Source of the DNA: the human T2T-CHM13v2.0 reference genome, Homo sapiens
Reading direction: 5' to 3' (one strand)
DNA length: 64,000 nt
NCBI RefSeq assembly: GCF_009914755.1
Contig: NC_060933.1
Shown here: positions 57,201 through 64,000 of the stretch, piece after piece
Numbering within the stretch: the first letter of the stretch is position 1
How the letters are laid out: each line of letters starts with the position of its first letter
The notes under the pieces: generated by a model
The model's database searches: none
What the model was told of the DNA's origin: nothing
Seen by the model: only the letters and a program-made list of their open reading frames with translations
Position numbers and translations under genes: made by a program

Positions 57201-57494
57201 GTTTTAGATCCAGAGCACATGGTTTTCATTTGTCCTCTAGATACTAACAAGCATAGAGCACCCTATCAGGAAGACAGGCACAATTCGTGAGTTGAATTTT
57301 TTGTTATAGTTTTTTGGCAATATGCTCACAAGCTATTGCAATGGGAGCATTTCTATAAATTGCAAAAATCAGTGAAAGTTGGCTTTCCCAAGTCTTTAAT
57401 AGAAATCAACTGAAATAGTATCCAAGGTCATTTAGTCATTTAAGACTCCTCACATGATCTGACTGCACTTCCCCTGTCATTTCAGTCTGACTGA

Positions 57495-59545
57495 ACTGTT
57501 GAACATTTGCTATGTTTAAGGCACCTGGCTAGGCCACTTCACTGTTTCTTATGATGTCAAAGAATCAGACAAGTAAAAGCATGCTGCAAATGGCATAGAC
57601 AGGATTGATTCCTGTTGAAAGAATGGTAAGACATTATGGAGATGACATGGGAGGTTGACCTAAACAATGAATAGAAGAATTTTCAATAAAAATTAAAGAA
57701 GGGATGTTGCAGGCAAAGGGAAAGGCATGACCAACATCATGGAACATTGATAGGGCAGGATCTGTTTGATTATTGCCCATATTATTCAAAGAGCTTATGG
57801 TAAGAATTGAGATTGCAAAGGTACTTGGAGGCCACAATTTTAAAGGACTGTGGAGGCCAGTCTGAAGGTATTTGTCTCAACCTTGGGGAGTCATCGAAGT
57901 TAAAACATTTAGGAAAAATATGTGAGAGAGACAAGAAATTGTATCATGGTTACCAGTTAAAAGATGGTAACATGAAGTTGTGATACATACTGAGACTCCT
58001 TCCTAGGGAGTTACCAAGTAGAGGCACCTCAAAGCTGAAAAACAACAAGGCCATACATCCCTGACTGGGGACCTGCTAACAAGGTGACCTTTCAGAAGAA
58101 TCAGTAGAGCAGCCCCCCTGAAGGAAACAGAGAGGGGAAGAGGAGTCATCTTTTGGGAAGAGGTGAGTTTGTGAATCAGTATTTACTTCTCTCCATGTGG
58201 AACGGGGCTGAGAGGGAAGCAGTTTGGCTATTTATCTGTGCCCAACCAAGCCAGATGTTCCCTGGAGAATCACTCATGAAATCTGAAAGCATCATTAGGA
58301 AGTGAAGATTGTTATGAACCTTTGCTGCACCTGAAAGTTAACAGTCCCAAGAAAATGCATAGAATATTTTGGGTGTTGAATCCTAAGAGAGAGTAAATGA
58401 GTAAGTCCTAGTACATTAAGGTTGCTACCCCCTCACAGTCTCATACAAATTGAGGCAGGTGTACCAATGATCCCAAGTTTTCTGTGGACCTAGCCCAGGT
58501 CACCAAATAAGGGGTGGGCACCACTATGGGTGGGCCATATTGATGAATGATGGGTTGATGTGAGGAGGATACTGAGAGCCACCCACCAGGAGGGAGAGAA
58601 GGAAGCTGTTCTACCTCCATAAGACTGCTGGCTGGGCATCAAAGACCACCTAAGATGTAATGCTGTGTAACTGGAGGCTGGTTACCACCACCCAGAAATT
58701 AGACCAGGTATTGGCTGACTTTAAAGAAAAGATTGCCAGCTTGCCATCTTCAACATGCTGGCAATCACATGAGTGAATTCTTTTCAGTCACCCTGACCTC
58801 TCTGATACCCCCATCAGCAGAACAGTTGCCTGAGATCAGAAGAAAAGAGGTAAAGAACCAATTACACTCTACTCCTCCTCAATCAGCTTCTAGCAGCCTA
58901 GTCATATCTAATTTAATTAAAGATAAGATGTTTTGAATAGAGTCTGAGATTTTAATAACTGGATTGCAAAAAATCAGTAAACTAAGCTGATGATTACCAG
59001 GAGGGGCTGACAAAGTTAAATTTTCTTGCTGCCCATAAAGGTGGGAACTCAACTAATATAGTTGGTAGCAGTTTGGAGAAAAAAAATATGCAGTTACATG
59101 TATTAGAAAGTTGAGGGATTCCAATGTAAGTTCTTAAAGTTACAAGCAGTAAGGATCTGAACTAGGAGGCTAGCAATGAGGAAAGATAAGGGATATAAAT
59201 ATGACTTCAAAGATAAGACTGAAGAACACGACGCATGAGTAAATATAAAGAAGAGAGGAAAAGAGACAAAGACCCCAAGTCACTTTGGATTCTCTTTGTT
59301 TTGGGGGGACAAGAGGGAAGTCAAGTAACCTTTTGCAAATTCCATAAAATTCTACATCTCATGGTACTAGAAAAAGGCACTTATTCACTTATACCCAAAA
59401 TTGTGCATGCAATTTCAAGGAGGTTCAAGAATCCTATGAAGCCCATCCATGGACCCCTTAGGGAAATATGAGTTTCTAACCTGAGCAAATAAGAGGGTGT
59501 TGGTACCACTAAACAAAATAGGATGGAAGTAAAGTGAGTGGTTTA
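57495..59545 (-). mobile_element. Fragmented L2 (antisense) interrupted by an old LTR-like block
   Basis: 'ttgaacatttgctatg..aaggcac', 'tgcaggcaaagggaaaggcatg', later 'gagtttctaacctgagcaaata'. Confidence 0.55.
57979..59100 (+). mobile_element. Probable ancient LTR (MamGypLTR/LTR78-like)
   Basis: TG start, ~1.1 kb interrupting an L2; 3' part 'ttttaataactggat...aaagtta...ctgccc...gggaact...agtttggagaaaaaaaata' resembles mammalian Gypsy-type LTR ends. Confidence 0.35.
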
Positions 59546-59559
59546 TTAGTAGAAACCCC

Positions 59560-60500
59560 AAATCTATATTGCCACCCCAAAAGTGTCTTCTAACTTCCAG
59601 ACCCACCTATTCAACATCTCTGCTTGATTATCCCCAGGATTCTCAAAACTATCACGTCAAAAACTGAGTAATCATCTGTTCCCCAATCTCACTCTTCCTC
59701 TCATGCTCCCTAACTTGATGAAGATACCATTACTCCCCACCCTAGTTGCTTAATGTAAATTCTTCAGTATTATTCTCGACTTTTTTATTCTCTTCTCCCA
59801 AAACCAATGAAACTCCAATTTATGTCACTTTACCTTCACTTCTCTCCATTCCCACCATCATTTGCCATGTGCATAACAAAGCTTCTTAGCATGTCTATCA
59901 GCATCCAGTTTGGTCGAGACCAACCTATTCAAACTACTCCAACTAAAGTAATGTTTCAGAAATAATCCGATCAAGTAATTTTAATACTTTAGTCAACTAA
60001 TGGTTATCATGGCCCTAAAGATGCAGTCCATACTCCTTTAATTACAGGGTGGTCCCTGATCTGGCCCGTTTATTGTCCACCCTTGGTCTTTCTGTCCTCC
60101 ACACACATCAGTGATACTGCACCCCTCACTTTCCTCAAAGCACCATGCATCCCCACAATTATTTTCTTGCACTCTCCTTCACCTGGCTAAATTCTACCCA
60201 CTCTTTATGTCTCCAATAAGATGTCACTTCTTCAGGAAGCCTTTTTGGACCTTCCCCCAAGTCTGGCTTCCATGCCTCTCCTTTGTTCTCTCCTAGCACC
60301 CTATGCTTACTCTTAAAGTACCATGACAACCCTGTATTGTAATTGTCTGTTTGCTAATTTTATCTCTCTGGAGACTGTCAGTTCCTTGAGAACAATGATG
60401 GGTATTCTTTTCATTCCCATATCCCTAAGACATAATGCAGTTCTTGGAACAGTGTAGGTCTCAAAGAATATTTGATTACTGAATTAATAAATGAATGAAG
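59560..60500 (+). mobile_element. L2 (L2c-like) 3' ~900 bp
   Basis: Collinear L2 motifs ending 'gtaggtctcaaagaatatttg...taaatgaatgaa'. Confidence 0.8.
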
Positions 60501-61234
60501 AATAAATGGAAATAGGATAATGGGATGGAAATATAAAAAGGAAGTGAACTCAGGGGGAACTTATTTTCTCATGTTATATCTCCTGGCAAATAGTAGTATC
60601 CTCATTACTGTCTCCACACCTTTCTTCTTACCTCTTCTCCCACTTGGAATGTCTTCTCTCCTGTCCCTCCCACACACACCTATTCCTCCAAGACTTGCCT
60701 AACTCACAAACGCCCACATTGATTTCTTACTTCTCTGAATTTCCTTTGGAACTTATTACCTATGAAGTACATTTTGTCATGTGAACACAGTCTTATATTT
60801 TCATTGTTTCATTTGAGTAAGTTTTATCTCCACATGAAGATAAGATTTTTTTTTTATAAGATAAAAGAGGTTATTTTCTTCATCACAGTTACCACAGACC
60901 TGGGTGTTTAGTCACATGCTGGGAAAAGCTGGCACTTAATAATCCCTGTTGATTAATTAACATCATTAACAATCATCAATGTCTTTCTATTCGACAATAA
61001 GCCTTATGAAATTTTCCCACTTATTTTGTTTCCAATCCAGGAGTGAATCAGGGAGCCCAGCCCTGCTTGAGAAATAGATCTTTTGAAGACAGCTGTGCTA
61101 CTTTTAATCCAAGCATCAAGCCTGGAAAATCCACTCATTTAGCAAACACTTATTAGGGTAAATTATGTGCTAAACCCCCTCCAATCCCATTACCACTCTC
61201 AGACTCCTACCCACCTGCCCTAAATGTTCACAGT

Positions 61235-61641
61235 CATGATGATTGGCAGGTTCCCTTGAAGCAGGGCCTGGACAGGGACTCTTGTGTTAGTGTTCTCAGG
61301 GGAAGAGAAGTGAGGGCAGCAGGATAAGGCAAAACAAGCTAAGCATGCATGTGGCCCAGCTAGAAACTAACTGTAGCCTGGCCCCACAGGGAGCTCTGGA
61401 GCATGAATTTCACTTCAGAATTGGCCCTACCTTGAGACAAGGGCTGACTTTTGTCTTCCCTTAATCAATGGCTATAAGCTGGTAATGTATACTAAAGGAT
61501 ATAGTGGCTCCTACTTAGCCAAGGGTGACTCTGTAGAAAAGGAGAATCTATAAGCTAACAGTGAACATTCTTAGAAGCTAGAGTGTTCGTGCATCAGCCT
61601 GGTAAAGGAGGTCTGGATGGGGCACCAAGAGCATCCACAAC
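61235..61641 (-). mobile_element. LTR16C-like solo LTR
   Basis: Ends 'ggtctggatggggcaccaagagcatccacaaca'; internal 'ccccacagggagctctggagc'. Confidence 0.65.
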
Positions 61642-63975
61642 AGATGAGCACAAATATGTTGTTTATAAAGAAAATGCTCCATCCAGAGAATCTGGGAAAT
61701 AATAAAGAAGAATCTTGAGTGAGAAACACAATGGAGGCCTAATTTTACAGAAGATAGGGCCTGCATGAGATGACATGAAGTATAGTTAGAAAGGTCATAT
61801 ATTGCTAGGGAACTGGTCCTTCTAAACAATTCTCTGTTTAGAGAACAATTACAGAAGTGTAGATAAAACAATTCTTCAAGAACGCTATTCTGTTTTTAAT
61901 AAAAAAGAAAAATACGGAGATTCAGGGAGATGATTCAAGATGTGATCAATATCACGCTAAATAAAACTCTTCTAGCTTTGTAATTGACCTACTTTATTAA
62001 TTACTTTATGTACGGCTAGCCTGGTTATCCTGAGCCTTCCATGACAGTATAATAGTGTGAGGGGAATCCCTAAAGCCCGGTCTTGTTTTGGTTTTAATTC
62101 CTAATAGTTTTCTATGTCTCTATCACAGAGTTCCCAGTTATCAGAAGATCAGAAGCCAAAGTTATTTTTTAATCATCTTTAAACTTTTGCTTTGGGGTTC
62201 CTTGAGAATGAATTATTCATCTCAGGTATAGAAAAATCATGTACCCAAAAATACAGACACTCCATTAGACAGAGATAGCTTTACTCGCTGCTGTGTCTAC
62301 TTTTAATTCTGTCTCTCCCCTCAGTGCTCAGAACCAACTTTGACAGAAAGAGAACAGGATATTCATGGCCATTTACATTTGCCGTTGGCAAGTGACCTTC
62401 TCCTTTGGCAGAACTGGGTGGCTGTATGGTAGCATCTTTCACAATTCTGGCTAATCTTCCACTTACCAGTCTGTGTGTGCACACTGGCATGACCCAACCA
62501 TCTATCCATTTCAGGGTGTGGTAGGATTATGTGTCATGGGACGAGGTTTCTCCTTAAGCTTCCTCAGGCCCCTGCATGCCAGCCAAACACTTTATAGGCT
62601 CAGAAAGAAATGTTCCGAAGTACACAGAGACAGCAGTCACTGCCCCTAAATTACAACAAAGAACATCCCATTAAAAATGTTTGTAGCTGGCTTATGGATA
62701 ATGCAGAGTAATTAGCAATCAAATTGGCAATGTGATGGCACAGGATACAGAGGGAACTGTAAGACTGAAATTCACCATTAGCTGGTTTAAAAAAAGTTTT
62801 CTTAAGCTGCTCTCTAAAGTTGAAGTGTTTGTCTCAGGGATCTATGTGAAAAATCTAACAAGTAACCACAATGATTTTCATCCACCTACCTGGCAATGCA
62901 ATAGGAAAAGGCAGGGATTAAATGAATGCCAAGGTCCCTTGGTATGCAGAGACATGTCTTTCTTATCTTTAAATTCAATGCCTGTGCAGCCCAAAGCCTG
63001 GTGTAAAGTAGGCATTACTATAAAAAACAGGTTCATTTCCCCTAAATTTTTAGGAACATAATGAATTATCTAGCCCTACTCTGGGTTACTAGATCTAGAA
63101 AAGCTAGTAGAAATGCCCAGTATAATTAAACTTTGCAAATGTCTACAGGAGTGTTTATATCAACCTTTCTAATTATTGACATCTTCTTCAAATATTAGAA
63201 ACAAGAACCTCTCTCATAATGGAGGTTGGAATTGGTGGCCTAATTTTAGTCTTCTAATTGGACCACCATTTAGAATCTGGTTTGCTGAGAGATACTGGAT
63301 GCTGCCAGATACCTGAGAATGTTAAGCACTGATATACCTTAATCAGGGAAGCAGAAGTATATCCAATATCTTACTCCCTGATCTGTCTTCATCACCAAAC
63401 CCTCCACTTACACACAAAACATGAAAGAAAGGAGTTACGCAAGAGCCCTTAGAAAGAAATAAAACATTATTTAGATGACTTTCACAGTAACATTCAAGGT
63501 TATCTTAAAGAGGGAGATTGCCATTCCAATTTTGACCTCACTATTTTGAAGCTAACAGAATTCTTTGGGTTTTGTCCATTTTGCCAGTGATGATGACAGG
63601 ACATACCAGAGGGGAATTCCTCACAATTTTCTCAGAGGTTAGCCAAGAAATAAACAAAAGTATCAGTCTTTTAGCTTAACTAATAATAACAACCAACACA
63701 AAATAAAAATAACAAAAATAGTACTTAGTAAAATTAGTTAGAAATTTAAAAACTTAATCTGAAAAAAATAAGACTTTATAGGAAAACAATGAATAAAGTG
63801 TAAAACTGAAACTGTGCATGGTAAATTTGTGTTTCACTAAAACTTAAATAGAAAAAACAAATGTTTTGCTTTCCATATTTTTATTTTTAAATTGGATTGC
63901 ATGCATGTGTATATGGATAAAATTAAGAAGACATGAAAGTACAAAGAATAAAAAAATTAATCAAACTCACTCACT

Positions 63976-64000
63976 CGTATAGTTTGGCTCTGTGTCCCCA
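63976..64000 (+). mobile_element. Start of a THE1/MST LTR, cut by the window edge
   Basis: 'tatagtttggctctgtgtcccca'. Confidence 0.6.

Overview
Primate (human-like) non-coding genomic DNA, roughly half ancient and primate-specific interspersed repeats. I found no convincing cellular protein-coding exon, tRNA/rRNA gene or CpG island, and could not identify the locus. Three composite structures dominate. (1) A decayed ERV-L provirus on the minus strand (~7040-12108; LTR16A-type LTR, Leu-type PBS, gag, protease, RT, integrase, start of dUTPase). It has lost RNase H, carries an unexplained 290-bp insert in RT and an MLT1A insertion, and ends in an oppositely oriented LTR16A fragment. (2) A full-length Tigger1 (25517-29144) containing an L1MA 3' end that itself contains a MER30, plus an Alu. 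(3) A THE1-type LTR split by a full-length L1PA6-like element, which is itself interrupted by a younger L1PA3/4 3' fragment and carries ~95 bp of 3'-transduced DNA inside its TSDs. Unique stretches contain several enhancer-like motif clusters, the best being six CAGCTG E-boxes in 430 bp, and one candidate spliced exon. Subfamily calls come from remembered consensus sequences, not from an alignment run. I do not see a wholly new biological system; the findings are locus-level oddities.
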